Of a stretch of DNA of 64,000 nt, positions 11,790 through 25,376 are shown one piece after another. The first letter of the stretch is position 1; each line of letters starts with the position of its first letter. Source of the stretch: Leucoraja erinacea (taxonomy: Eukaryota); NCBI RefSeq assembly GCF_028641065.1, contig NC_073378.1, forward strand, positions 85,312,001 to 85,376,000, written 5' to 3'. A model generated the notes under the pieces. That model did no database searches and was not told the DNA's origin. It saw nothing but the letters and a program-made list of their open reading frames with translations. A program made the translations under genes and the position numbers.

Positions 11790-12700
11790 AGTTACCAGAA
11801 TGCTTCTGGAAGGGAAGATATGGACTGTCATAAAATGTGAGGTGTTGTATTTTTGGAAATCTAACATGGACAGCACCTACATGTCAATGATAGGGCTCTG
11901 GGGAGTGTTGTAGAGCAGAGGGATCTAGGAGTGCAGGTGCATGGTTTCTGGAAGGTGTCGTCGTGGGTAGATATAGGGTGATGAAAAAGGCGTTTGGCAC
12001 ATTGGCCTTCATCAGTATTGATTATAGAGGTTGCGAGGTCATGTTGCAGTTGTATAAGACATTGGTGAGACCGCATTTAGAGTATTGTGTTCCATTCTGG
12101 GCACCATGTTATAGGAAAGATGTTGTCAAGCTGAAAATGCTACAGAGAAGATTTACAAAGATGTTGCCAAGACTAGGTTTGAGCTATAGGGAGAGGTTTA
12201 GTAGGCTGGCACTCTATTCATTGGAGCGCAGGAGTATGGGGGGTCATCTTATTGAGGTGTATAAAATAATGAGAGGAATAGATCAGGTAGATGCACAGTG
12301 TCTCTTGCCCAGTGTAGGTGAATCGAGGATTTAAGGTGAAGTGGAAAAGTTCAAGGTAAGTGGAAATGATTTAATAGGATTCGGAGGGTAACCTTTTCAC
12401 ACAAAGGGTAATGGGTGCATGGAACAAACTGCCAGAGGAGATAGTTGAGGCTGGGACTATTCCAACATTTAAGAAACAATAAGCAATGGCAAGTCAAATT
12501 TCACTACACCGTTTGGTGTATGTGATAATAAATGTCCTTTGAATCCTTTGTATCCTTTGTAAGACTGGTACATGGATAGGGCAGGTTTGGAGGAATATGG
12601 ACCAAATGTGGGCAGGTGAGACTAGTGTAGCTGGGACATGTTGGCTGGTGAGGGCAAGTTGGGCTGAAGGGCCTGTTTCCACACTGTATCACTATAACTG
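11790..12700 (+). mobile_element. Older CR1 LINE 3' portion containing a short LINE-tail insertion (~12480-12560)
   Basis: ORF 11963..12334 (LYKTLVRPHLEYCVPFWAP...); insert ends in aataaa plus (ATCCTTTG)n. Confidence 0.8.
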
Positions 12701-12704
12701 TGTG

Positions 12705-13000
12705 ACACACCTTTAGAAAGGAGATGAGGAGGAATTTCTTTAATCAGAAGGTTAAATTTATTTAATCAGAAGGTTTAATCTGTGGAATGCATTGCTTTAG
12801 ATGGCTGTGGAGACCAAGTCATTGGGTATTTTTAAAGTGGAGATTGACAGGTTCTTGATTTGTAATGTTGTCAATGGTTATGGGAAGAAGGCAGGAGATT
12901 GGGGTTGAGAGCGGAAGTTATATCAGCCATGATTGAATGGCAGAGTGGACGATGGGCCGAATTGACTAATTCTGTTCTGATGACTTATGAACTTACACAT
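12705..13000 (+). mobile_element. CR1 3' end, another subfamily
   Basis: gagatgaggaggaatttctt...atcagccatgattgaatggc. Confidence 0.65.
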
Positions 13001-13955
13001 TACAAATAGTGTTAGAGCATATATCTGAAACAGAAGCTTCTAAGTTTATGCTTCCATTTGGATTTTAACATATGATCCATAATGGCACATCTTTGCACCA
13101 CTCAAAGATTATTATTCATGGCCAGCAAACTGACAATACTATCATGTTTTTCTGTTCCATTCATTCTGTGTATGCTAAAGATCCAATGTCATTATTTCAT
13201 AAACAGCAGAGTTCTATCCAGGTGCTCCAAGTGGCTCTGTCAACAAATACATTGCATTCCCATTATCCACAATTTTCTGTCACAATAGCAGCAAGATAGC
13301 TGTATATTTAAAGCAAAAATTGCACCAACCTAGGATGAGAGCTAAACAAAATTTAAAAAAATCAAATATTGCTCTACAATTTGTACTAGCTTGCTATTAG
13401 CTTTATTAAGATGACACTTTTCTGCTAGCACACCATTGCAATAAGGTGAGTAGACAGGTGATGAGATATTTGCACAGCAGCTACTAATTAATTCAACATT
13501 TGGGCATGTTTGATGAACTGAAAGATATTATATATTAACAAGATGAGAATTGAAATTCAATGAATGGTTACAATAAACATTTACTATTTAACTTAAAATA
13601 TCATTAAACTAATATTTTCAATTTCTTTTTTTCTCCATCTGAATCCACCCTGTCACATTTATCCCACTTCTGCTTTGACTTCATCTAATTCATCTTCATT
13701 TACTCTTGATGAATGGAGAATTAGGGTAAATATATCATAGTCAGATAAGTTGTTCATAGACATGCTTACCTCCTCCTCCCCTTCATATTCCTGTTCTCCC
13801 TTCTCTTCCCTTTCCTCTTGCTCTGCAGCTGCTCACTTACATAACCAGCAACACAGCTTGAACTGATCATTGTAGCCGCTGTGCATTAGATCATCATCTG
13901 CAGCAATTTGTAAAATCGCATCATTGTCTGAGCATGCTATAGGATTGTTTTATCA

Positions 13956-14095
13956 NNNNNNNNNNNNNNNNNNNNNNNNNNNNNNNNNNNNNNNNNNNNN
14001 NNNNNNNNNNNNNNNNNNNNNNNNNNNNNNNNNNNNNNNNNNNNNNNNNNNNNNNNNNNNNNNNNNNNNNNNNNNNNNNNNNNNNNNNNNNNNNN
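13956..14095. other. Assembly gap (140 N)
   Basis: Run of N. Confidence 0.99.
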
Positions 14096-16606
14096 TCCCC
14101 CAATAGAGGCTCCATTTCACTTGGTAGACACCCTTGGATTTGGCAATGTGACTCATGTGCAGGTGGGCACAGCTGACTATTGCAGAATGAAGCCATCGTG
14201 CCTGCTGCCTAGACATTGGCTTTCTCTGTATGATCATATGGCAGCTGAACATGGAGTAATGGAATTCTTATTGATGATCATATATCTCCGACATGGCATG
14301 TGGCTCCTTCAAAGCAATCGAGTGTGGTCAATAGCATGCTGAACAATGAAATAGCTGGCATTCTCTACGTATTCATGTGGGTTGTTCAGGGTCTTTCATG
14401 ATCAGACCACATCTGACAAACATGAAACACACTCGATTCTTTTTGGACAGTGGATCCCAGTGACCTGTCCTTCCAGGTAAAATGGGAGATGTTGCAAGTA
14501 TCTCCAGCTCCAGGGTAGAAACACTTGACAATTAGAAGACCACTGACCAAATGTTCCTCACCGGACATGGATTGAGAATTTGTTATTGTCTGAAAGCAAA
14601 GTCTGGAAATAAAGCGTTCCTTCCCAGGGTGGAAATGTGGAAAAACGTGGGCTCATTCACTTTGATGCACAAAAGAGACATGCAGAGTATTTGTGAAATG
14701 ATGGGAGAATGGGTAATCTTAATGTCCTGAGAGAATTATGTGTATTTGTACACGTGTTGGTGAAGGTCAATATGCTGGTGCAACAGGTAATTAGGAGGGA
14801 AACAGGTTTGTTGGCCATTATTACATGAAGAATAATGAAGTCTGATTGCAATTGGATAGTTCCTAAAATTGACGGTGTATTGTGTATAGTTTTGGTCTCT
14901 TTACATAAGGAAAGATAGATGGAATGCAGCACGATGCTCCAGACTGGTGTGTTTGCTGCAAGAAGAGAGATTAAGCAAACCAGGATAAAAACCAAACTGT
15001 TGGCGGAACTCAGCAGGTCAGGCACCATCTGTGGAGGGAAATGGACAGATGAAATTTCAGGTTGTGATATTTTTTCAGACTTTTGAGTTTGAAGAAGTGT
15101 CCGGACCCAAAGCATTATCCGTCCATTTCTTTCCACGGATGCTTACTGACACGTTGAGTTACTTCAGCAGTTTGTTTTTTTTGCTCAAGATTCTAGCAAC
15201 TGCTGGTTCTTGTGTCTCTTAAGTAAATTAGAACTGTATGTTTTAGATTTTAAAAGGATGAAAGGAAATCGTATCAAAATTTGCAATAAAGGGCTTGACA
15301 AACTCGATGCAGGGAGAATTCACAAAATGTGTGCAATCACGAGAATCACCGCACTGAACCAGTTCAGTGCTGTTGGTACCCGCACAGTGGTGCCACACAG
15401 CCAGATTTTCTGACCATTGTTTAACAAAAACAATATTAAGTCAAACGACTTAAAAACTACATTAGCATTCTGTTTTGACTGCAGTATGGCAGATCTGGAT
15501 AATAAAATCCTGGACATTTTCTTCATTTAGTTCATTATTTTGACATAGAATTGACATGAAAATACACTCAAACATTAATGAGTCCCCAATGTGGGACTCA
15601 CACATTAATATCCCACAATGTGTGCCTGATGATTTGCCATTTTGAAAAGACCTGATTATAATACATTTTGTCTTATGTGACTGATGCTCAAATAGCTTCA
15701 CCTACTAATCTGTTACATCAAAAGAATGCTTATAGTTAATTTATAACACATGCATTTGGAAAGTAGTCTGTGGAGGTGCTGAAATAATAATTTCTTTGTT
15801 TGCTCTATCTACCTTTATCCTCATGGCCAGATTATTAACAATGTAATTACCTAAATCAATATATGGCATCATATTGATGGATTTCATGTTTTAAGGTGCA
15901 TTTTCTGCAAGTTTAATGAAACTATTTCCTGTATCTACAGCTGGGAATTTCAAGCAAATATTTAACCATTATAAAATCAGGTTTCATTGTGGGTGGAGTT
16001 GCCTTTAAACAAGCGATTAGCCCAAAGCATTAAAATACACTTTGTCAGCTACTATAGTGCTTGAGTATCAGTTTTGAGCCAACTTGTAACAGCTTGTCAT
16101 TCATAAAAAATAAATAAATATGGTACTGTGATACTATTAAAATAAAAATCAAGTGTGTGCTGTGGCTGCCAGAATGTGTGTGTTTCAGTATTTATGTGAA
16201 TGTATTTAAAAGGGATAAAAAACATTTGGGAAACACTAACCTAATAGGCAAAAGCTTTCAAATGATGATGATTTGTCCTTTTACAAGGCAGAATGCAATT
16301 TCTTAAAAACCGAAGGAAATATTTTGAAGATTTACTGTAATCTCTGCAGCTCATGCACTGCACAGCTGTAATTGAACAGCATTGATGGCCATTCTTGTGG
16401 CACACCGACATTGCAACTCCAACAACAAGTCTGAGTGAGATAATTTTTTATGTTGGTAAGGATCATGCTTCATGTCTTTCAAGCCCATCTACACAATTTG
16501 TCTATTTTTCTAGAGGAGATCTAATGGGGCAGAATTCTTGCATTCAGAAACTAATTACACGTTTTGTTAAGGGTAGGAAGGAACAGCAGATAGTGCTTTA
16601 AACTGA

Positions 16607-16738
16607 AGATAGACACAAAATGCTGGAGTAACTCAGCAGGGACTTTCTCTGAAAAAGGGTCTCGACCTGAAACATCACCTATTCCTTTCCACCAGAGATG
16701 CTGCCTGACCTGCTGAGTTACTCCAGCATTTTGTGTCT
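16607..16738. repeat. Fold-back element derived from the Penelope terminal repeat
   Basis: Arms agacacaaaatgctggagtaactcagcagg / cctgctgagttactccagcattttgtgtct; sequence shared with 11430-11520. Confidence 0.75.
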
Positions 16739-17394
16739 TTCTTCTGCAACACATTGTGTTAAGTAGATTGTGGGGCTATCCAAAGAAGTTTTCAGTTCTG
16801 CCTTTGCCCAGTTCCATGAAATATTTGCTTGCTAACATGTGCCAATTGCATAATAGTCTGGGCAACACATAGATGCAGCAGGTAGTGCTGTTGCTGCCCA
16901 GATCCTGTGCTCCATGTATGATCAACCCCGGGAAATATGAATGGAGTCACACCACTCACCCCCCCTTGTGACTGCATGGGTTTCCTGTGCAGCTCTAGTT
17001 TCTTTCCACAGCCCAAAATTCCCCAAAAATACACCAGTCAGTAGATTAATTGGCTAATACAAATTTATCTTCAGTGCAAATGGGTGGTAGGAAAATTGAA
17101 ATGTAGAACAAAAGAGATTACCAAGAAATGGGTTAATCAGATTGCTTGACTTGAAAGATGTCACAAACTTGATGGGGCTAATTGGTTCCTTCCATTGCAT
17201 AAGAAAGTTTGCGTAAGTAGGTATGAAAATAATATGCCATATTCTAAAACCTGGACCGTGCTGTTGCACAAGGAATGTAATAGAAACCCAGGCAACAGTG
17301 GCACCTGCAGAAACTGGTGTGGATCAATGTAGAGCACAACTTCAATGCATGTGCTTGGGGCAGAAAAATATTCCTGCTGTATAATTGTGCAAGG

Positions 17395-17545
17395 CGGAAC
17401 AGTGGCACAGCGGTAGAGTTGCTGCCTTACAGCCAGAGACCTGTGTTCGATCTTGACGACGGGTGCTGTCTGAACAGAGTTTGTACATTCTCTCTCTGAC
17501 CACATGGGTATTCTCTGGCTGCTCTGGTTTCCGCGCACATTCCAG
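17395..17545 (+). mobile_element. HE1-type SINE 5' half
   Basis: cagtggcacagcggtagagttgctgccttacag...gttcgatc (A/B boxes). Confidence 0.75.
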
Positions 17546-19150
17546 GCCGGTTGTTGGTCAGCATGGGCTTGCTGGACTGTTTCTACACTTTTGAAATATA
17601 CAGATTGGCAACAGGCTCTTTGGCCACCAAGTCCGCACCAACAAGCAATCACTACACACACTAACACTATCCTGTACACGAGGGACAATTTACAATTTTA
17701 CAAAACCAATTTACCCACAAACCTGTGTTAATTCTGGCCAAATTGGAGATGCCAGAACACTAAAATTCAGTACAGACTTCTGGGCTGCTAGGCCATTTGG
17801 TGAATTTAAATGTGCCTTCTGCAGAAATGGGACAAGTTGCAGAATGGTGCCAGTTTGTCTAGAGCCTAGATAAGAGCTGCAGGAAGAGAATGGAACATAT
17901 ACAGATTCCGACAATTAGGTGTAAATTGCATGAACTGGATGAATGCAAACCAGACATACACATTGTAAATATTGTTACAAAGCTTTACTTTGCTAGATGT
18001 TGATTGGATTAAGTGTTGAGCCTTGGGTGGGTTTCCTGACTATCAAGGCACATGTTGCATAATTCATCTGTTAAGTTGCATCTAGAAACCTTGTCAGATA
18101 CAATGTATTAGTCACTGTATTATTGGGTTGGGGAAATGTTTATCATGTTTTGTGTTAATCGATATCTGTTATTGGACTGTATAGAGACCACCCCTATGTG
18201 GTTCTGCCCCTCAAGGTGTGGGGACATAAAAGGCCGCTCCCACAAGGTCCTGTGTCGATCTTCTGGGAGAGCACTTAGGACTGTGTGACCTTATGAAGTG
18301 TCTCTGCTTGAATGAGGCTAAGAGGGCTTGGCCAGGCAGATACGAGGATTGAACCCACAGTGGTTAGGTATAGAAGTGGGAATTGTTATTGTGTTTTTCC
18401 AAAATAAAGTTTAGATGCGCAAGTGCTTGACTCAGCTATTTACATTGGGGGATTGGCTGGGAATACTCTAGTCCATCCGAGATTTCATTGGGCAATTTGA
18501 ATTTGAGAGCCCGCGTATGTGGAGAGATACACGCCAAAACGAGTTGGTCTGAGAATGAGTCTAGATTTGCAGAAGCATGTTTCCAAATACAGAATTTCAC
18601 CTTGAAGTTCTGCCCGTACTGTAGAATTCGAATTCTGTATAGATAGAACTTTGGAGTTTGTGCATATTTGAGATCGATTCCAAATAGCGGCTGATCAACA
18701 GTGAATAGTAACCCTCTGATCGATTGTTGATTAGTACCTGATAGCGAAGAGTAACTGAGAGACGGGAACCTGGTTTACTTGGTGAAAAGTACGGGGATGC
18801 GAGAGGTACCCCTAATTCTGTAGAACTTAGAGAGGAGAGATAGAGGTCCCCCTATAGAAGTTCAGTCTTAGCAGGGCAAAATAATATTCAGGAGGGAAAG
18901 TAGTCCATTTAAGAAGTAGTACCCCTCAGCAAAGAGTTCCCTCGGAAGGGGAAAATCTTCGGTATCAGAGGGAGAGGTTCACTGATTGATAACAGCATGA
19001 CGCGGCATTGAGATCGAGTGTTAGTAAACTGTGTGCTAGCGTGTTAAATTATTATTGTAAATTGTAGAAATCCAGCATCGTCTTTTTTAGCATCTTTATT
19101 GGATCCAAATTGTATAAATACTTTGTGTATGTAAAAAGATTTAAAGTGTA

Positions 19151-19660
19151 CTAGACCAAGTGCAGACCCGTTAGGTCTGTTCCCCCAACATGCGGTTGTG
19201 TGTGGGGGGGGGGAGGTGGCATGCAGCGTCACAAACACTAACTATCCCCCCCCGGATACACGCTAATTACCCCCCCTTGATATTATATTAATATTATTAA
19301 TTTGCTCCTTTTACCTCATAACCACCCTATCTACTGATGCATAGCCCCCAACTTGCAGTCGCAGTGTTATTCAGAGAGACATGACCTCCATCTTGCAGAG
19401 AGTGAGTGAGGCACACCACTTCCTGGTTTTATAGTCCCTCCCCCTCCCTCCAGCAGGGGCAGCTGAGAGAATGGTGATTTTTTTAAAACATTAATATATC
19501 TCTGATTTGTCATCGATGGGAAAAATCCTCCGCACCCGTAAGGCGGAGGGGGGCTCTGAGCGAGGTGGCCAAAAATGACATTCGTAGGTCGCGGCGTTCT
19601 GTCGGGAATCGCAGCACAGTCGGCCAAAAGCGGTCAAGATCAGACTTTTAGTAATATAGA
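19151..19660 (-). mobile_element. Non-autonomous Helitron inside the ERV leader
   Basis: Minus strand 5'-TC...hairpin cagacctaacgggtctg...CTAG-3', inserted between A and T, no TSD. Confidence 0.8.
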
Positions 19661-19745
19661 TTAAGATTTAGAAAGTTAAGATTTAGAGTGTAGTAAGATT
19701 TAGAGTGTGTTAAGATTTCGAAAGTTAAGATTTAGAGTGTGTTAA
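19661..19745 (+). repeat. Imperfect tandem repeat (aagatttagagtgtgtt-like) in the ERV leader
   Basis: About 5 units visible; one more unit lies on the other side of the Helitron (~19136-19150). Confidence 0.7.
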
Positions 19746-19865
19746 GTTCACGGACCGCTACTTGTATTGCCTGCGTGAGTGCTTAAGGATTTTTGGATAT
19801 AGATAATTGAAGTAAAAGTGCGTTTGAATTAAATATTTGCATCTGTTTAAATCGGGATTGTAGTA

Positions 19866-22800
19866 TTGTTAGAATCCGATTTGTGGTGGTTTGATCAGGG
19901 TTCGTATTCTTTCGATCGCTGTGTCGGGAGAAATCGTTCCGTTGACCGGGTACACCACGAGGAGGATTTATTGGAGTGTATGATTTATCATCATAATGAT
20001 TGTGATTTATGTAGGAGTGTGGTTGTGCCTGATAATAATAAGCAGAAACCAAGTGATTTAAAACGAATTCTGGAAATAAAACCAGAAAAGGGTGAAGGAG
20101 CAGACAAATATTTAGACCGTTTTTCAAATTTATTTATGGACCAATCATAGAAACATAGAAACATAGAAATTAGGTGCAGGAGTAGGCCATTCGGCCCTTT
20201 GAGCCTGCACCGCCATTCAATATGATCATAGCTGATCATCCAACTCAGTATCCCGTACCTGCCTTCTCTCCATACCCTCTGATCCCCTTAGCCACAAGGG
20301 CCACATCTAACTCCCTCTTAAATATAGCCAATGAACTGGCCTCGACTACCCTCTGCGGCAGAGAGTTCCAGAGATTCACCACTCTCTGTGTGAAAAAAGT
20401 TCTTCTCATCTCGGTTTTAAAGGATTTCCCCCTTATCCTTAAGCTGTGACCCCTTGTCCTGGACTTCCCCAACATCGGGAGCAATCTTCCTGCATCTAGC
20501 CTGTCCAACCCCTTAAGAAATTTTGTAAGTTTCTATAAGATCCCCTCTCAATCTCCTAAATTCTAGAGAGTATAAACCAAGTCTATCCAGTCTTTCTTCA
20601 TAAGACAGTCCTGACATCCCAGGAATCAGTCTGGTGAACCGTCTCTGTACTCCCTCTATGGCAATAATGTCTTTCCTCAGATTAGGAGACCAAAATTGTA
20701 CGCAATACTCCAGGTGTGGTCTCACCAAGACCCTGTACAACTGCAGTAGAACCTCCCTGCTCCTATACTCAAATCCTTTTGCTATGAATGCTAACATACC
20801 ATTCGCCTTCTTCACTGCCTGCTGCACCTGCATGCCTACCTTCAATGACTGGTGTACCATGACACCCAGGTCTCGCTGCATCTCCCCTTTTCCTAGTCGG
20901 CCACCATTTAGATAATAGTCTGCTTTCCTGTTTTTGCCACCAAAATGGATAACCTCACATTTATCCACATTATACTGCATCTGCCAAACATTTGCCCACT
21001 CACCCAGCCTATCCAAGTCACCTTGCAGTCTCCTAGCATCCTCCTCACAGCTAACACTGCTTCCCAGCTTAGTGTCATCCGCAAACTTGGAGATATTGCC
21101 TTCAATTCCCTCATCCAGATCAATAATATATATTGTAAATAGCTGGGGTCCCAGCACTGAGCCTTGCGGTACCCCACTAGTCACTGCCTGCCATTGTGAA
21201 AAGGACCCGTTTACTCCTACTCTTTGCTTCCTGTTTGCCAGCCAGTTCTCTATCCACATTAATACTGAACCCCCAATGCCGTGTACTTTAAGTTTGTATA
21301 CTAATCTCTTATGTGGTACCTTGTCGAAAGCCTTCTGGAAGTCCAGATACACCACATCCACTGGTTCTCCCCTATCCACGCTACTAGTTACATCCTCGAA
21401 AAAATTCTATAAGATTCGTCAGACATGATTTACCTTTCGTAAATCCATGCTGACTTTGTCCAATGATTTCACCACTTTCCAAATGTGCTGCTATCCCATC
21501 TTTAATAACTGACTCTAGCATTTTCCCCACTACCGATGTTAGACTAACTGGTCTGTAATTCCCCGTTTTCTCTCTCCCTCACTTCTTAAAAAGTGGGGTT
21601 ACATTTGCTACCCGCCAATCCTCAGGAACTACTCCAGAATCTAAAGAGTTTTGAAAGATTATTACTAATGCATCCACTATTTATGGAGCTACTTCCTTAA
21701 GTACTCTGGGATGCAGCCTATCTGGCCCTGGGGATTTATCGGCCTTTAATCCATTCAATTTACCCAACACCACTTCCCGGCTAACCTGGATTTCACTCAA
21801 TTCCTCCAACTCCTTTGACCCGCGGTCCCCTGCTATTTCCGGCAAATTATTTATGTCTTCCTTAGTGAAGACGGAACCAAAGTAGTTATTCAATTGGTCC
21901 GCCATATCCTTGTTCCCCATGATCAACTCACCTGTTTCTGACTGCAAGGGACCTACATTTGTTTTAACTAATCTCTTTCTTTTCACATATCTATAAAAAC
22001 GTTTGCAGTCAGTTTTTATGTTCCCTGACAGTTTTCTTTCATAATCTATTTTCCCTTTCCTAATTAAGCCCTTTGTCCTCCTCTGCTGGTCTCTGAATTT
22101 CTCCCAGTATGCTGCTTTTTCTGGCTAATTTGTACGCATCATCCTTCGCTTTGATACTATCCCTGATTTCCCTTGTTATCCACGGATGTACTACCTTCCC
22201 TGATTTATTCTTTTGCCAAACTGGGATGAACAATTTTTGTACTTCATCCATGCAGTCTTTAAATGTCTTCCATTGCATATCCACCGTCAACCCTTTTAGA
22301 ATTAATTGCCAGTCAATCTTGGCCAATTCACGTCTCATACCCTCAAAGTTACCTTTCTTTAAGTTCAGAACCCTTGTTTCTGAATTAACAATGTCACGCT
22401 CCATCCTAATGAAGAACTCAACCATATTATGGTCACTCTTGCCCAAGGGGGCACGTACAACAATATTGCTAACTAAACCTTCCTCGTTACTCAATACCCA
22501 GTCTAAAATAGCCTGCTCTCTCGTTGGTTCCTCTACATGTTGATTTAGAAAACTATCCCGCATACATTCCAAGAAATCCTCTTCCTCAGCACCCCGGTGC
22601 CCCACAGTATTGTGCTTTCTTAATGAATTGTCTCCCCACTAAAGTAGCAGACTTAATTAAGACTGAGAACAGGGACTGGTCTGAGAACCGAGCCAGTCAA
22701 ATGGCCAGAGCTGAGAGGCACTATTGGAAGGAGGGTAGGAAACAGGAAAATTATCCCGTAACTAGAGGAGAAAGTGAACATTTTGCCAAGAAGTGCCAAA

Positions 22801-23245
22801 ATCTAACTCTGAACCATGGACCCTCATAGTACCAGCAAATTATGGATTGGGAGAAATTTGGGTTCCAGACTACTCAGATTATTATTATAATTGTACTCCC
22901 TATTTAGAACCCATTCCAATAGAATTAAAGGGTAAAATAAAGCCAACCATATTGCCTAATCAATGCTACACTTGAGGGGGAATGGGACACTGGAGTCGAG
23001 CCTGTCCAACAAGGGAGCGAGTGAGAGAGAGGAGTCAAAGAAGGGATTTCCTGGATTATGAAGAAATTAGAGATCCTAGAGAATATAGAAATATCCGAGA
23101 TCCTAGGAATTATAGGAGGTCCTTCAATTCAAGAGACTACCGGGACCCAAGAGAACAGAGGGAGAGATGGCCCGAATGTCAGGAACTAAGAAGTCACACA
23201 CCATTTACTCAAACCAACCCATTTTCTCAGTCCGTGGAGATATGA
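19866..23245 (+). pseudogene. ERV gag remnant interrupted by CR1
   Basis: MHR-like KPEKGEGADKYLDRF before the insertion; reading continues GAPQYCAFLMNCLP after it; zinc knuckle CYT*GGMGHWSRAC near 22964-23006. Confidence 0.75.
20146..22594 (-). mobile_element. Young CR1 LINE (2.4 kb, 5'-truncated ORF2)
   Basis: ORFs 22060..22605 (endonuclease end, SDHN), 21681..21986 (KSPGPD), 20513..21379 (RT) and 20245..20508; (TTTCTATG)n tail. Confidence 0.95.
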
Positions 23246-25237
23246 CCCCTACTCCTGAACCCCCTCAAGTAATTTACCAGAATGAACAAATTGGATGTAC
23301 TGTTAAGTTGCATCTAGAAACTTTGTCAGATACAATGTATTAGTCGCTGTTTTATTGGGTTGGGGAAATGTCTATCATGTACTGTGTCAATTGATATCTG
23401 TTATTGGACTGTGTAGAGACCACCCCCATGTGGTTCAACCCCTCAAGGTTTGGGGACTTATAAAAGGCCGCTCACTTTTGGTCCTATGTCGATCTTCTGG
23501 GAGAGCACTTGGGACTGCGTGACCTTCTGGAATGTCTGCTTGAACGAGGCTAAGAGGACGTGGCCAGGAAGATACGAGGATCGAACCCGCGATGGTTTGG
23601 TATAGTAGTAGGAACTGTTATTGGGTTTTTCCAAAATAAAGTTTAGATGCGCAAGTGCTAGACTCAGTGATTTTTGACTGAAACTAGACTGGGGGAAGCT
23701 TAGAATGAGCTATTTACACCTGCACCTCTTTGTAATGTGGGAGGAAACCGAAGTACCCATGTGCACCCAAGGATAATGCACAAACTCCGTACAGACAGCA
23801 CCCATAGTCTGGATTGAACCCATGTCTCTGGCGCTGTAAGACAGCAGGTCTACCGCTGTGCCCCTATGCTGCACTGTATCTCTAAAACTAAAAACTAAAA
23901 CTTATTAGCAAACAAAGTCTACAAAATTATCTTAATTGAAAGGAGCCTGGGCATAAGGTCTGAAAAAAATGTTTATTTAATGATGTACTTTCCAGCAAGA
24001 GATGAGTCAATATGTGATGATAAATCATAGCCAGCCTGCATAATTCTCAGAAGTATCTCATGGCTATAAAACACATTAAACATTGTCAGGTCACAAAAGG
24101 TCTTTTCTTTCCCTTTACATCTCCTCGTATATTTCTTGTACGATAGGGTTGAGGAGTGGCAACCAACTATCAAGGCCTCATAAAAGAGCAGGAGTCCTGG
24201 GAGTGGAAAACAAATGAAATATGTGATAAAGTAAGAGAGTAAATGTGTAGGAGGCCTGTGGAATGTAACAATGAACAATTTAGAACTGATGTACTGCTTG
24301 ATGGAATTGAAAGCTGAACATATTGGTGGGTGTTCAGGAAGTAAATTATAATGTATGTCTTTTATATAGATTTGCTGGGCTGTCTGTGCTAATGGAAGGA
24401 TGAAATACACAAGAGATAACTATAATTATTTTTGCATACTAATGGACCATCTGATACTGACATTGTCATTATGGAAAACTATGAATCAGAACCTCGAGTA
24501 CGAGACCAAACTGATCTAAATCGTAATTTCAAACATGAGTTATAATGTGGATATAATATGGACTATAAATATACTGTGCTCACAAAATTGTTTACTCTGA
24601 TTCTTGCTTCATTTTGATGGTAAGATTTGCAAGGAAATACTTAGCACCCTGACCATAGAGTTCATTACTACATCCAGAAAAGTATATTTGGGGCAACATT
24701 ATTAAATGTTCCCTTTACTCCACAACTTCAATGAGCATAAAATATAGATAATCTACCTATGAAAAGTCATCCCAAGGGTCATATTTTGTTGGGTGTATGA
24801 GAATGTTCTGAAAAATTGTACATTTGTTTTGTCGTTATGAGTTCTATTCCCATTTTGATAATTGTATGATAATAATAAGCCTCTAAATTCAATGCTGGTT
24901 TTGCTTTCATCATGCGTCCATTACCATTTTGCTGAAGAATTTCTTTGCATCGGTAGTTCTTGTAAAAGCTGATGCAATAGAAAAAAACAACTTGGACATT
25001 CATAGCTCTGTATTATAAGCCTCAGTAATTTATTAAACATACTACACAGAACGAGGTACAGTGTGCGATTCTGTCGTTATGAAAAACTCACTAATTGGAA
25101 TGAGAAGAATTAACAGTTGATCTATATTTAATGTGGCAAATAAAAACAGAAAATAACAGAAATTATCAGCAGGTCAGACAGCTTTTATAGACTGGTAAAC
25201 AAAGATACATATTAGGTAATTAACCTTTCAGCAGAAC

Positions 25238-25376
25238 GTGAGGTGGGAGATTGCAACCTTCACGTGGTTCGTTGTGTTTCGACGAATGCAATCAACCCGG
25301 TCCACAATCAAATAAGATCAAATAGAACAAGTTGTCCTACAACTTTAGGCTGTGCACACCATACGCAAGAAGAAGA
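25238..25376 (+). mobile_element. Short LINE 3' end with (AAG)n tail (Vingi/RTE-like)
   Basis: Ends ...ccatacgcaagaagaaga; flanked by direct repeat agcagaac. Confidence 0.55.

Larger units (their letters stand above)
17726..23718 (+). mobile_element. Internally deleted endogenous retrovirus (gamma/epsilon-like)
   Basis: TG...CA ends; TSD CCTG at 17722-17725 and 23719-23722; 5' LTR 17726-18444; degenerate tRNA-Pro PBS tgggggattggctgggaa (18446-18463); partial 3' LTR 23301-23718 homologous to 18069-18444; gag remnants; no pol or env visible. Confidence 0.85.
17600..23870 (-). mobile_element. HE1-type SINE split by the ERV (pieces 17600-17725 and 23719-23870)
   Basis: The two pieces rejoin as ...cacaaacctg|cacctctttg..., matching the SINE sequence. 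Confidence 0.75.

Noticed and set aside
13921-14252. ORFs spanning the N run
   Set aside because: Artefacts of translating through the gap.
17161-17688. 175-aa minus-strand ORF with VVLYIDP, superficially like CPVL LYIDNPVG
   Set aside because: Mostly SINE sequence; the carboxypeptidase motif does not continue.
19661-19745. Short repeats resembling a CRISPR array
   Set aside because: No unique spacers, eukaryotic context; simple tandem repeat in an ERV leader.
23973-24410. 145-aa ORF and a possible + strand exon at 24146-24229
   Set aside because: No recognisable protein; all three exon phases contain stops.
24779-25003. YRCK...EHSHTP, FLYWCH/MULE-like
   Set aside because: Only a partial motif; no TIRs or catalytic domain.
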